A stretch of DNA of 63,731 nucleotides, the filler included. It is 5 parts of 5 records of this genome, joined end to end, with 100 filler letters (N's around TTAATTAATTAA, not from the genome) between each part and the next. Parts side by side here need not be neighbours in the genome. Positions count along the whole stretch, not along the records: positions 1 to 16,935 come from DRR378314_155; 4 more parts are not named here. One strand, written 5' to 3'. This document shows, piece by piece, positions 1 to 10,331 of the stretch. A model generated the notes under the pieces. That model saw only the letters and a list, made by a program, of their open reading frames with translations. It did no database searches and was not told the origin of the DNA. How positions within the stretch are numbered: position 1 is the first letter of the stretch; each line of letters starts with the position of its first letter. Made by a program: the position numbers and the translations under genes.

Positions 1-2338
1 CAACAACTTCATCACCCAGCTGACGCCGTTTTTCTTTTATGCTGTGGGTGGTTATCTGGCGATCAAGGGAGAGATCACTGTGGGCGCGTTGGTGGCGGCG
101 CTTGCGGCCTATAAGGACCTCAGCAACCCGTGGAAGGAATTGCTGGCCTATTACAATCAGACACAGGATATGGCCCTGCGTTGGGATGTGGTGAACGAAC
201 GTTTTGCCCCGACAAATATGATCGACACAGCCCTGTTCGAAGGCACCCCAGAGGAGATGCCGCATCTGCGCGGGGATATCGAACTGTCCAATGTTTCTGT
301 TCGAAATGACAGCGGTGACATGGTTTTGCGCGATATTACCCTGAATATTCCGGCGGGCAGCACCGTTGCATTGGAGGTCACCAATCAGACCGAACGGACG
401 CTGCTGTCCGAGGTGCTGACCCGCGAGATCAACCCATCACGCGGGCAGATTGCCATTGCTGGGCATGATCTGTCGGGTCTGCATCAGGCGGTGGTGGCGG
501 CGCGGATCGGTTATGCACAGGCGCAGCCCTATTTGTTTCAGGGCGACATTGGCAGCAACCTGCTGATGCCGCTGCGCACCAGTCCCAAGACCATGTTATG
601 GGACCCCGGCCACAAGGATCGCGCCACCGTTGAGGCGCGCCGTTCTGGCAACAGCCCTGACAGCACCCGCGCCAATTGGCTGGACCCCGAGATTGCGGAT
701 CTGGACACTCATGAGGATATTTTTGCGTTTTGGTATGAGATCACCGAGGCGCTGGGCACAGCGGATGAGATATTCGAACGGATGCTGGATGCCCGCATGG
801 AGGTGGAGAAACATCCGGAACTGGCCCGCCGTATCGTTGCCTTGCGCGGTGAGGTGCATCGCCGGCTGGTTGCAAAGGGGCTGGACAAGGCAATCCATCG
901 ATTTGATCCCGAAAAGTTCAACCCGGCGGTCCCGCTGGGCGGCAACCTGATGTTTGCAGCTCCACGCCGCGACATCAGCCAGGTGGGTCTGGCGGCCGAG
1001 CACGGGTTTCTGGCGATGATCATTGATCAGGGGTTGGCCGAACAGGGCATTGCGATTTCGCAGACACTGGTCGAGATGTTGCACCGCACCTTTGGTAGGG
1101 ATGGCACCGACCATCCACTGTTTGTCGCGCTGGGCATCGAAGAGCAGCTGTATGAACAACTGGTGGATATTGCTCATCGTCGCCGCAACAAGGGGGATCA
1201 GGCCCTGTCGACAGAGGAATTTGCGCTGCTGTTGACGGTGCCTTTCGCGCTGACCGCCGAGCAGATCGGGGCCGCCTTTCCCGAAAGTTTCAAACATGAG
1301 ATTCTGCGCATCCGAAAAGCCAAAGGGGCCCAGTTGCGTGAACAGGCGAAAGAGATGTTTGTGCCGGTCACGCCGGATAACTATCTGCCCCGGCTGACAA
1401 TTCTGGAGAATCTGATCTATGGCCGGTTCTCTGCCATGGCCGGTTTGCAGGCGGATCTAGTGCGCGATGTGGTGACGGATGTCCTGTCTGAACATGATCT
1501 GAAAAGGCTGGTTTCGCAAAACCTGTTTGACGTACCCACGGCGATTGGGGGGGCGAATTTGCCCGCCGTGTTCCAGCAACGTGCGGCCTTTGGTCGGGCT
1601 GTGATCAAACGCCCGGATGTGCTGGTTTTGAACCAGTTGCTGGTTGGCAAAGACGCAGAGGCACAGGCCCGCATTCGTGACCGCCTGAGAGTGTTATTGC
1701 CAGAAACCACGCAGATTTACATCAACGACACCTTTGCCGCGCCGCAGGATTTCGACATGCATGTCGCGATTAACAATGGCCAGATTGACGGGGTCGAAAC
1801 CGCAGATCAGCTTGATCAGGCGGATTCAGGGTCGGATGACTTGCGCCGCAAGCTGCGGATCATTTCGCGCAACGATCTGTTTGCCTCGCTTGACCGGCGC
1901 AATCAGCGTCTGCTGGCCTTTGCCGCGCAGTGGTACACGGCAGAGGCGGGGCAGCGGATATTCTCTGCCGGGGAACGGGCGGATGCGGTCTATCTGTGTT
2001 TGTCGGGGCTGGCCGAATTGGGCAATGTGGATGAAGACGGGAAGATGCGCCATGTCTCGGATGTGACGCCGGGACGATTGATCGGTGATCTGGCAGTCAT
2101 TCTGGACGAGCCGCGCCAATTGGATCTGATCGCCACCCAAGAGGTCAGGTTTTTGCGTATTGGAGCAGAGCAGTTTCGCTCTGTCATCGAAAGCGACAGG
2201 GTTGTTCTGCTTAGCCTGTTGCGTACGGTTGCGGGGTATCTGACCGGCGCTGCTGAACTGTTGATTGCCTCAAACATGGAAATACCCCGCGACCTACGCC
2301 CGCCGACACCCCCTGCATCGCCACCCGAGGGTCCGTGA
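1..2338 (+). CDS. ABC exporter-like protein (end of TMD + degenerate NBD + C-terminal cNMP-binding domain), 5' truncated
   Basis: Frame open from base 2 (NNFITQLTPFFFYAVGGYLAIKGEITVGALVA); 'GDIELSNVSVR', Q-loop-like 'AQPYLFQGDIGSNL'; C-terminal 'GRLIGDLAVILDEPR' cNMP cassette. Confidence 0.85.
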   Translation, partial: NNFITQLTPFFFYAVGGYLAIKGEITVGALVAALAAYKDLSNPWKELLAYYNQTQDMALRWDVVNERFAPTNMIDTALFEGTPEEMPHLRGDIELSNVSVRNDSGDMVLRDITLNIPAGSTVALEVTNQTERTLLSEVLTREINPSRGQIAIAGHDLSGLHQAVVAARIGYAQAQPYLFQGDIGSNLLMPLRTSPKTMLWDPGHKDRATVEARRSGNSPDSTRANWLDPEIADLDTHEDIFAFWYEITEALGTADEIFERMLDARMEVEKHPELARRIVALRGEVHRRLVAKGLDKAIHRFDPEKFNPAVPLGGNLMFAAPRRDISQVGLAAEHGFLAMIIDQGLAEQGIAISQTLVEMLHRTFGRDGTDHPLFVALGIEEQLYEQLVDIAHRRRNKGDQALSTEEFALLLTVPFALTAEQIGAAFPESFKHEILRIRKAKGAQLREQAKEMFVPVTPDNYLPRLTILENLIYGRFSAMAGLQADLVRDVVTDVLSEHDLKRLVSQNLFDVPTAIGGANLPAVFQQRAAFGRAVIKRPDVLVLNQLLVGKDAEAQARIRDRLRVLLPETTQIYINDTFAAPQDFDMHVAINNGQIDGVETADQLDQADSGSDDLRRKLRIISRNDLFASLDRRNQRLLAFAAQWYTAEAGQRIFSAGERADAVYLCLSGLAELGNVDEDGKMRHVSDVTPGRLIGDLAVILDEPRQLDLIATQEVRFLRIGAEQFRSVIESDRVVLLSLLRTVAGYLTGAAELLIASNMEIPRDLRPPTPPASPPEGP

Positions 2339-3225
2339 TGTCTGCCTATCGCCTGCACGAGGGGTTCATTGCCCCCGCACGACGACATCCGGCGTTCTGG
2401 CGTTTCGGGGTGGGCCTGATCGTGGCCGGTTTTGTCTATCTCTCGTTGAACCAGATCTATTTTCAGACGGTGCTTGCGCTCGGCTCCAATGACCCACAGT
2501 TTCTGACTGACATCATGACCGGATCAACGCCACTGGCGATGTATATTCTGCTGTTCGGCTTTGTTTTCATGGCTGTGGGTGTGGGGATCAGTGCGCGCCT
2601 GTTACAAGATCGCTCGTTCCTCAGCCTGCTTGGCCCGCTGCCGCTGTTAAGGCGTGATTTCAGGTTGGTATCACTTGCGGTCCTGTCGGTTCTGGCGCTG
2701 GTTCTTGTGCTGCCGCCCTGGGATATGGGGGAGCCATATGTGCCCAATATGGCGTTTGGCCGGTGGCTGACCCTGCTGGTACCTTCGCTGGTTTTTATCC
2801 TGCTTCAAGTCAGTGCCGAGGAGATTGTCTTTCGTGGCTATGTCCAGCAACAGCTGGCGGCGCGGTTTCGATCACCATGGGTGTGGATGCTGCTGCCCTC
2901 TGTGCTGTTCGCGATTGCACATTATCAGCCTGAGACAGCAGGGGAGAACGCCCTGTTGATTGTGGTCTGGGCCGGTGTCTTCGGCATATTGATGGCGGAT
3001 CTGACGGCGCGGTCCGGGTCGCTTGGCCCTGCCATTGCCGTGCATCTGTGGAACAATGTGGCGGCTATGGCGGTTCTTTCCCTGCCGGGTGACCTGTCTG
3101 GTCTGGCGCTTTACCTTGCGCCCTTCGGCATGGATGACACCGCGGCGCTGCGCGCATGGTTGCCCGTGGATTTTGCAATGATGTTGGTGCTGTGGCTTGC
3201 AGCGCGGGTGGCCATCAGGCGTTGA
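2338..3225 (+). CDS. CPBP (Abi/CAAX) family intramembrane metalloprotease
   Basis: EEIVFRG, FAIAH and HLWNN motifs, multi-TM; ATG overlaps the upstream stop (TGATG). Confidence 0.9.
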   Translation: MSAYRLHEGFIAPARRHPAFWRFGVGLIVAGFVYLSLNQIYFQTVLALGSNDPQFLTDIMTGSTPLAMYILLFGFVFMAVGVGISARLLQDRSFLSLLGPLPLLRRDFRLVSLAVLSVLALVLVLPPWDMGEPYVPNMAFGRWLTLLVPSLVFILLQVSAEEIVFRGYVQQQLAARFRSPWVWMLLPSVLFAIAHYQPETAGENALLIVVWAGVFGILMADLTARSGSLGPAIAVHLWNNVAAMAVLSLPGDLSGLALYLAPFGMDDTAALRAWLPVDFAMMLVLWLAARVAIRR

Positions 3226-3284
3226 TTGCAATATTGTCGCGGCACGCTTATCTGAGTGCAAACCAAGGTATCAGGGACCGCCGC

Positions 3285-4232
3285 ATGAACTGGATCAACA
3301 ACTATGTCCGCCCACGGATCAACTCGATCTTTTCGCGCCGGGAGACTCCCGACAACCTGTGGACGAAATGTGATGAATGCGGCACCATGCTGTTTCACCG
3401 CGAGGTTTCGGACAACCTGAATGTTTGTACCAACTGTGGGCATCACATGCCGATTGGTGCGCGTGAGCGATTTACGTCTTTGTTTGACGGCGGTGTCTTT
3501 GTCGAGGTTCCGGTGCCAGCACCCACCCCGGATCCCTTGCATTTTCGCGACCAGAAGAAATATCCCGACCGCCTGAAAGCGGCGCAGAAGGCCACCGGCG
3601 AATCCGAAGCGATGCTGGTTGCGACCGGTGACATGGGGCGCACGCCGATTGTTGCGGCCTGTCAAGATTTCTCTTTTATGGCGGGATCTATGGGCATGTA
3701 TGTTGGCAATGCGATCATTGCCGCAGCTGAAGAGGCGGTAAAACTGAAGCGCCCGCTGATCCTGTTCTCCGCAGCAGGCGGTGCCCGCATGCAGGAAGGC
3801 ATCCTGTCGCTGATGCAAATGCCGCGAACCACTGTAGCTGTGCAAATGCTGAAAGAGGCAAATCTGCCTTATATCGTGGTGCTGACCCATCCGACCACCG
3901 GTGGTGTGACGGCAAGTTACGCGATGCTGGGGGATGTGCATATCGCGGAGCCCAATGCGTTGATCTGTTTTGCCGGGCCACGGGTGATTGAACAGACGAT
4001 TCGCGAGAAACTGCCTGATGGGTTCCAGCGGGCGGAATATCTGCTGGATCACGGGATGTTGGACCGGGTGACACCGCGCAACGCATTGCGGGATGAATTG
4101 ATTAACATCACCCGCATGTTGCTGGGTCTGCCACCTGCCGTGCGCGGTGATCTGCCCGCGCCGCAGGAGGGGGGCGAGTTGGATCATGCCCTATCCAATG
4201 GCGAAGCGGCCGAAAGTGCCCAGAAGAAATGA
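3285..4232 (+). CDS. accD: Acetyl-CoA carboxylase carboxyltransferase beta subunit
   Basis: MNWI start, zinc ribbon CDEC..CTNC, GGARMQEG, PTTGGVTASYA. Confidence 0.97.
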   Translation: MNWINNYVRPRINSIFSRRETPDNLWTKCDECGTMLFHREVSDNLNVCTNCGHHMPIGARERFTSLFDGGVFVEVPVPAPTPDPLHFRDQKKYPDRLKAAQKATGESEAMLVATGDMGRTPIVAACQDFSFMAGSMGMYVGNAIIAAAEEAVKLKRPLILFSAAGGARMQEGILSLMQMPRTTVAVQMLKEANLPYIVVLTHPTTGGVTASYAMLGDVHIAEPNALICFAGPRVIEQTIREKLPDGFQRAEYLLDHGMLDRVTPRNALRDELINITRMLLGLPPAVRGDLPAPQEGGELDHALSNGEAAESAQKK

Positions 4233-5503
4233 CGCAGCAAACATCGGATGTCATCCTTGAGCGGATGATGGCCCTGCATCCCAAGGTCATGGATTTGACC
4301 CTGGATCGCATGTTTCGCCTGCTTGAAGCTCTGGACAATCCGCAGGAGAAGTTGCCGCCGGTCATTCATCTGGCTGGGACCAATGGCAAGGGGTCGACGC
4401 AGGCGATGATCCGCGCCGGGTTGGAGGCGGCAGGCAAGTCGGTGCATGCCTATACCTCGCCACATCTGGCACGGTTTCACGAAAGGATCAGGCTGGCTGG
4501 CAATCTGATTGACGAAGAGGCGCTGACGGCATTTCTGGATGAATGTTACGTCGCCAATGACGACAAGATGATCACTTATTTCGAGATCACCACCGCCGCG
4601 GCCCTGCTGGCCTTTGCCCGCATCCCGGCTGATTTCACCCTGCTTGAGGTCGGGCTGGGTGGGCGGTTGGATGCGACCAATGTGACTGACAAGGTGGCGC
4701 TGAGCGTGATCACGCCTGTGTCACTGGACCATCAGCAATATCTGGGCGAAACGCTGGCAGAGATTGCGGGTGAAAAGGCAGGTATCATCAAACGCGGGGT
4801 GCCCTGTGTGGTGGGCCCGCAGGACGAGGCCGGGCTGGAAGTGATCGAAGCCGTTGCCGCGCGTAAGGGTGCGCCGCTGCTGGCCTATGGGCAACAGTGG
4901 CATGTGGGCATCGAAGCGGGACGCATGGTGTATCAGGATGAACGCGGCCTGCTGGACCTGCCGATGCCCAATCTGCTGGGCGCGCATCAGGTGCAAAATG
5001 CCGGTGCTGCATTGGCGGCCCTGCGCCACTTTGACGTAGATGCGGAAGCCTGCGAAGCGGCGGTGACGCAAGCCTATTGGCCCGCGCGGATGCAACGGTT
5101 GAAAACCGGACCCCTGGTCGAGATTGCAGGCACGGCGGAGCTTTGGCTGGACGGCGGGCATAACGCGGCGGCGGGTCATGCGCTTGCGGCGGTTCTTGCG
5201 CAGGGGGCCACACGCGCCACACATCTGATCTGCGGTATGTTGAATACCAAGGATGTCACCGGTTACATGCGCCCGCTGGTGCCGCATGTGCAAAGCCTGC
5301 ATGCGGTGTCGATTCCGGGCGAAGCGGCGACATTATCGGCCAAGGAAACGGCCGCTGCGGCAGGTGCTGTCGGGATCGAAGCCTTTGAAGCGGAGACAGT
5401 TGAGGCGGCCCTACGGGACATTCTGGCCTCTGATCCACAGGCGAAGGTATTGATTTGTGGATCACTTTATCTGGCTGGTGCCGTTTTGCGTCAGAACGGA
5501 TAA
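4229..5503 (+). CDS. folC: Folylpolyglutamate synthase/dihydrofolate synthase
   Basis: GTNGKGST, YTSPHL, EVGLGGRLDATN, DGGHN; follows accD. Confidence 0.97.
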   Translation: MTQQTSDVILERMMALHPKVMDLTLDRMFRLLEALDNPQEKLPPVIHLAGTNGKGSTQAMIRAGLEAAGKSVHAYTSPHLARFHERIRLAGNLIDEEALTAFLDECYVANDDKMITYFEITTAAALLAFARIPADFTLLEVGLGGRLDATNVTDKVALSVITPVSLDHQQYLGETLAEIAGEKAGIIKRGVPCVVGPQDEAGLEVIEAVAARKGAPLLAYGQQWHVGIEAGRMVYQDERGLLDLPMPNLLGAHQVQNAGAALAALRHFDVDAEACEAAVTQAYWPARMQRLKTGPLVEIAGTAELWLDGGHNAAAGHALAAVLAQGATRATHLICGMLNTKDVTGYMRPLVPHVQSLHAVSIPGEAATLSAKETAAAAGAVGIEAFEAETVEAALRDILASDPQAKVLICGSLYLAGAVLRQNG

Positions 5504-5609
5504 TTTTACGCAGTTTCTTTGCACAAAACGGCTGGTTTCGGTTAGGATTCTTCCAAATTCAGGCGCACCAACACGGTGTGACAGCTGATGATCCATGAGG
5601 AAGAGCAAG

Positions 5610-5801
5610 ATGGACCAACAGGAAAAGTTTACCCGAGAACCGTCGGAAACGGCCGATGGCCGCGCTGTGTCGCAGATCGTTTTTGTGCTGATCGGCATGG
5701 CGATTATCGTTGGCGGGATCTGGACGTTATATATGGGTAACGCGCCGTATCATCCGCAAGATGAGGTGACCCGCGAGAGTACTCCGTTGATCGGAAGTTG
5801 A
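5610..5801 (+). CDS. Small single-TM hypothetical protein
   Basis: GAGG upstream of ATG; one hydrophobic segment IVFVLIGMAIIVGGIWTLY; fills an intergenic gap. Confidence 0.55.
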   Translation: MDQQEKFTREPSETADGRAVSQIVFVLIGMAIIVGGIWTLYMGNAPYHPQDEVTRESTPLIGS

Positions 5802-5820
5802 CCGCTCTTGCCCTTTGGCC

Positions 5821-6879
5821 TTAATCGCCCCAGCCTTCGGCCTGCATTTCACGCAGCCGTGAGGCGGTGCGTTCAAATTCAAAGGTGCCTTCGCCCTCAA
5901 GATACAGCATTTCCGGCTGCGCCGCAGCAGAGCAGATCAGCCGCACCTTTGCCTCATAAAGTGCATCAATCAGCGTCACGAACCGTTTGGCCTCATTGAA
6001 ATTGCTGCGTCCCAGGGTGGGAATGTCATCCAGCAGCAGCACCCGCACGGCATCAGCCAGCGCCAGATAATCCGCAGGCCCCAAAGCGGTGCCGCAGAGA
6101 TCGTGAAACCGCGCACGGCCCATGCCATTGTGATAATGTGGAATTTCCACATCGCGTCCTTTGACGCGCAGCACCAGTGGTGCCCCCTCCGTGCCAGCGA
6201 GGTCGTTCCAGACAGCATCCATCGCGCTGCGCGCCTCAGAGTTCACCGGGGAAAAATAGACCTGCGTGCCTGCCAGACGGTCCTGCCGGTAGTCCTTTGG
6301 GCTGGCCAGTTCATGCACGACCATTTTCTCTTTGATCAATTCGATGAAGGGCACAAACAGATCGCGGTTCAATCCATTCTTATAGAGCTCATCCGGCAGG
6401 CGGTTTGACGTCGTCACCACTACCACACCGGCGGCGAACAGGGCCTGAAACAACCGGCCCACAATCATCGCATCGGTGATGTCGGTGATCTGCATTTCAT
6501 CAAAGGCCAACAGGCGCACCGAGGCGGCCACATCTGCGGCAACGGGGGCAATCGCATCGTCCACACCGGTTTTGCGCACCTCATGCATGGCGCTGTGGAT
6601 TTCCTGCATGAAAGCATGGAAATGCACCCGCCGCGCCGGGATACCCTCCAGATGATCCACAAACATATCCATCAACATGGATTTCCCGCGCCCTACACCA
6701 CCCCAGAGATACAAGCCTTGCGGCGGCTCGGGGGTCTTGCGGAACAGCCCCTTTTTCGCCGGGACAAGCAGGGCATCGCGGATGCGATCAAACTCGGGCA
6801 GCACGGCCTCTTGCGCCGGGTCGGCGTGAAGCGTGCCGGCGGCGATCAAGCTGTCATAGGTCTCGCGCAAGCTGGTCAT
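5821..6879 (-). CDS. zapE: AFG1/ZapE family ATPase
   Basis: GLYLWGGVGRGKS, RVHFHAFM, FDEMQITDI, RFVTLIDALYE. Confidence 0.93.
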   Translation of the reverse strand: MTSLRETYDSLIAAGTLHADPAQEAVLPEFDRIRDALLVPAKKGLFRKTPEPPQGLYLWGGVGRGKSMLMDMFVDHLEGIPARRVHFHAFMQEIHSAMHEVRKTGVDDAIAPVAADVAASVRLLAFDEMQITDITDAMIVGRLFQALFAAGVVVVTTSNRLPDELYKNGLNRDLFVPFIELIKEKMVVHELASPKDYRQDRLAGTQVYFSPVNSEARSAMDAVWNDLAGTEGAPLVLRVKGRDVEIPHYHNGMGRARFHDLCGTALGPADYLALADAVRVLLLDDIPTLGRSNFNEAKRFVTLIDALYEAKVRLICSAAAQPEMLYLEGEGTFEFERTASRLREMQAEGWGD

Positions 6880-7014
6880 TCACCCCCCATAGCGCAAATC
6901 TGAACGGCTTGGAAAGCGGTTCTCATCACGATGGGTGGTCCTGCCATCACAAGGGTTGATTTGACCGCAGACGGCATTTGTCTAACGTGGCGCGACCAAC
7001 CCAAGGAAGTGACC

Positions 7015-8256
7015 ATGCCGCAGCGCACCCCAATGTTTACCCCCGTTCTGATTGTCAGCTGCATCATCATCATGGTCAGCTTTGCGGTGCGCGCCTCTTT
7101 TGGTGTTTTTCAGATCCCCATTGCCGAGGAATTCAACTGGCTGCGTGCCGAGTTTTCGCTGGCGATTGCGATTCAGAATTTGGCTTGGGGGATTGGTCAG
7201 CCGATTTTCGGGGCGATGGCAGAAAAGATCGGAGACAAGCGGGCGATCATCATCGGGGCGGTTGTCTATGCCGTGGGGCTGGTGCTATCGGCCAATTCGA
7301 CCACGCCGATTGAACATCAGGCCTATGCGTGGCTGGTGGGTTTTGGCATCGCGGGCACGGGGTTTGGCGTTATTTTGGCGGTTGTGGGTCGCGCGGCGAG
7401 TGATGAGAACCGTTCGATGACGCTGGCGATTGTGACGGCGGCGGGCAGCGCCGGGCAGGTGTTCGGCGCCCCTGTGGCGGAATGGCTGCTGACCTTTCTG
7501 TCATGGCAAAACACCTTCCTTGTCTTCGCCGCTGTGATTCTGTCGTTGATCCTGACCTTGCCGCTGATGCGGGCACCGGCAATGGCCAGCAAGGCGGAAC
7601 TGGAAGAGAGCCTTGGCCAGATCCTGACCAAAGCCTTCAAGGATCCGTCTTACACGCTGATCTTTCTGGGGTTCTTTTCCTGCGGCTATCAACTGGCGTT
7701 CATCACCGCGCATTTTCCGGCATTTGTGACCGAGATGTGCGGCCCTATCCTTGCCGGTGGGGTGCTGCATAACATTGGCATCACTACTACATCGGCCCTT
7801 GGTGCGGTTGCGATATCCCTGATCGGGCTGGCGAATATCGCGGGAACGCTGGCGGCGGGCTGGGCTGGCAAGCGGTATTCGAAGAAGTATCTGCTGGCGG
7901 GGATCTATGCGGCGCGCACGGTTGTTGCGGGGCTGTTTATCCTGCTGCCAATGACGCCGGTGACGGTGATTGTATTCTCTGTCGCCATGGGCTCGCTATG
8001 GCTGGCGACGGTGCCGCTGACCTCTGGGTTGATCGCGCATATTTACGGGTTGCGTTATATGGGCACGCTTTATGGCATCATCTTTTTCAGCCACCAGATG
8101 GGCAGCTTTCTGGGCGTCTGGCTGGGCGGTCGGATGTATGACGCTTTCGGTAGCTATACGGCGGTCTGGTGGATTGGTGTCGGCATCGGGGCGTTCAGCG
8201 CGGTGGTGCATTTGCCTGTGCGTGAACGCCGCCTTGAGGGTCTGCAGACGGCCTGA
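7015..8256 (+). CDS. MFS transporter
   Basis: About 12 hydrophobic segments with MFS-like loops; AAGGAAG upstream of ATG 7015. Confidence 0.9.
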   Translation: MPQRTPMFTPVLIVSCIIIMVSFAVRASFGVFQIPIAEEFNWLRAEFSLAIAIQNLAWGIGQPIFGAMAEKIGDKRAIIIGAVVYAVGLVLSANSTTPIEHQAYAWLVGFGIAGTGFGVILAVVGRAASDENRSMTLAIVTAAGSAGQVFGAPVAEWLLTFLSWQNTFLVFAAVILSLILTLPLMRAPAMASKAELEESLGQILTKAFKDPSYTLIFLGFFSCGYQLAFITAHFPAFVTEMCGPILAGGVLHNIGITTTSALGAVAISLIGLANIAGTLAAGWAGKRYSKKYLLAGIYAARTVVAGLFILLPMTPVTVIVFSVAMGSLWLATVPLTSGLIAHIYGLRYMGTLYGIIFFSHQMGSFLGVWLGGRMYDAFGSYTAVWWIGVGIGAFSAVVHLPVRERRLEGLQTA

Positions 8257-8265
8257 CCTGCTGGA

Positions 8266-9183
8266 TCATCCCCGCGCGTTCCAGCGGTCCAGAATGTAGC
8301 GCGATGTCATCAGATCAAGATGCGCCCCGCCGCCGTTCTTGAACAGGGTGATTTCGTCATCACTTTGGCGTTTGAAAGCATCCAAGCTGTAGTAATCGGC
8401 AATCAGATTGTCGCGCGTGATGACACCGGCCTCCAGCGGGATGTTGATTTCGCCGATATGGCCGATGGTGGTGTCGAAACTGTCGACGAATACGCGGGCG
8501 CGTAACAGTGCCGCGTCATCCACTTCGCGCATGTCGGGGCGGTAGGCACCGATCAGATCCACATGCTGACCGGGGCGCAGCCATGCACCTTTGATCAGCG
8601 GATCGGTGGACATTGTGGCGCTGGTGATGATGTCGGCCTGTGTCACGGCGGTTTCGAGATCTTCCGCGATGGTGATGCCGGGCAATTCGCTGGCCATCGT
8701 TTCGGCATTGGCGCGGCTGCGGTTCCACAGGGTGAATCGGGCCTGAGGAAAGGCCGCGGAATAGGCGGCATGCAGGGCGCGGCCCTGATTGCCCGCACCC
8801 ACGATCAGTATCTCGCGGCTGTCAGGGCGGGCAAGGCGGCGGGCGGCAAGCAGGCTATCGCCAGCGGTTTTCCATTTGGTCACAAGGTGGAAATCGACAA
8901 TGGCCTCAAGCGTGCCGTCGCCGTCGGCATAAAGGTTCAACCCGCCGTTGATCATCGGCACATCCTTGGCCGGATTATCGGGAAAGACGGTGGCGGTTTT
9001 GACGGCCATGCCCAACCCGTCAATCCAGGCGGCACGGCTGAGCAGGGTATCCTTGCCCCGGTAAAGGAACGTATCGCCAATTTCTGCCTTCGGCAGGGTG
9101 TGGCCATTGGCAAGTGCATCGGTCAGGCCGATCCAGTCCAGAACGGCCTCGCCTTCGGTGAAGGGGATCATGGGAATGCTCAT
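8266..9183 (-). CDS. Ornithine cyclodeaminase/mu-crystallin family protein
   Basis: GAGNQG Rossmann motif, HVDLIGAYRPDMRE, TLFKNGGGAHLD. Confidence 0.9.
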   Translation of the reverse strand: MSIPMIPFTEGEAVLDWIGLTDALANGHTLPKAEIGDTFLYRGKDTLLSRAAWIDGLGMAVKTATVFPDNPAKDVPMINGGLNLYADGDGTLEAIVDFHLVTKWKTAGDSLLAARRLARPDSREILIVGAGNQGRALHAAYSAAFPQARFTLWNRSRANAETMASELPGITIAEDLETAVTQADIITSATMSTDPLIKGAWLRPGQHVDLIGAYRPDMREVDDAALLRARVFVDSFDTTIGHIGEINIPLEAGVITRDNLIADYYSLDAFKRQSDDEITLFKNGGGAHLDLMTSRYILDRWNARG

Positions 9184-9809
9184 TGTGCGTCGTCCTTGGT
9201 GAGCAGGCCCGCCGAGACAAGCCTGTCGGCCCAGCCTTGCGGGTCTGTGAAATGATGGGTTTGCCAGCCACGTTTGGCCGCAGCGGCGATGTTTTCGGCG
9301 CGATCATCGGTGAACAGCAGGGCTTGCGGGGGGATGCCGCTGGTCTGTTCAACTGTGGCATAGATGGTGGGATTTGGTTTGATGATGCCCAGATGGCCAG
9401 AGATAAAATCTCGGTCGAACTGACGCAGGAACGGATAGCGGGTGGCGGCAAGATCATAGGTCTGGATGCCAAAGTTGGTCAGGGAAAACACCGGCACACC
9501 GCGTGATTGCAGCGCGGCCATCAGGCGGACGGAATGGTCAATCGCAGGCGATGCCATATCAAGCCATCGGTCATGCCAGAGCATGATTTCATCGCGCCAT
9601 TCCGGCGTGGCCTGCGCGGTTTCGGTGATGACATTGCGGAAGGTTTCACCGCTGTCCACACGGTCGTTCATGGCATGAAGGTCGACGGCGGCGAACATGG
9701 CACGGCGACGGTCCGCGCCGATGATACCGTCGAAGAAGCGTTCCGGTTGCCATTCGATAAGGACGTTGCCAATGTCGAATACCACGGCTACCACGGCTTG
9801 GGGTGTCAT
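9180..9809 (-). CDS. HAD-family phosphatase
   Basis: FDIGNVL motif I, LTN, KP, FTDD motif IV. Confidence 0.9.
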   Translation of the reverse strand: MTPQAVVAVVFDIGNVLIEWQPERFFDGIIGADRRRAMFAAVDLHAMNDRVDSGETFRNVITETAQATPEWRDEIMLWHDRWLDMASPAIDHSVRLMAALQSRGVPVFSLTNFGIQTYDLAATRYPFLRQFDRDFISGHLGIIKPNPTIYATVEQTSGIPPQALLFTDDRAENIAAAAKRGWQTHHFTDPQGWADRLVSAGLLTKDDAQ

Positions 9810-9875
9810 TTTGTCATCTCCGTATCGGTGCGGAAATTTTCAAAGTTTCCGGCTGTTTTCTTATAAAGAAGACGA

Positions 9876-10328
9876 TCACATTCGCGCTGCTGCGCGCAAT
9901 TCACGCTCCAGCGCATCCAGAAACCGCGAGCGGTCCGCCTTGGTGAAACTTTTGCCGCCGCCTTGGCGAAATGGGTCAGCGGCCCGCAGGTCCGTCATCA
10001 GGTCACGGGTTGCCAGCACGTTGCCGATATTCGCCGCCGTCAGCGCCTCGCCATTGTGCTTCAGTACCTTGGCACCCGCCTCTACACATTTTGCCGCCAG
10101 TGGAATGTCGCCGGTCACCACCACATCGCCGGTGCCACAGCGTTCGGCGATCCACATGTCCGCCACGTCAGGGCCATCGGGCACAATCACGGTTTCTACA
10201 AACGGGTTCTGTGAGGGGCGCAGCCCGCCGTTTGACACCACAAACATGCGGATCTTGTGGCGGGTGGCGACACGTTCGGCTTCGGCTTTGACCGGACAGG
10301 CATCCGCGTCGATGTAGAGCGCAGTCAT
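9876..10328 (-). CDS. YaiI/YqxD (DUF188) family protein
   Basis: [26 protein letters not shown]. Confidence 0.92.
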   Translation of the reverse strand: MTALYIDADACPVKAEAERVATRHKIRMFVVSNGGLRPSQNPFVETVIVPDGPDVADMWIAERCGTGDVVVTGDIPLAAKCVEAGAKVLKHNGEALTAANIGNVLATRDLMTDLRAADPFRQGGGKSFTKADRSRFLDALERELRAAARM

Positions 10329-10331
10329 GGT

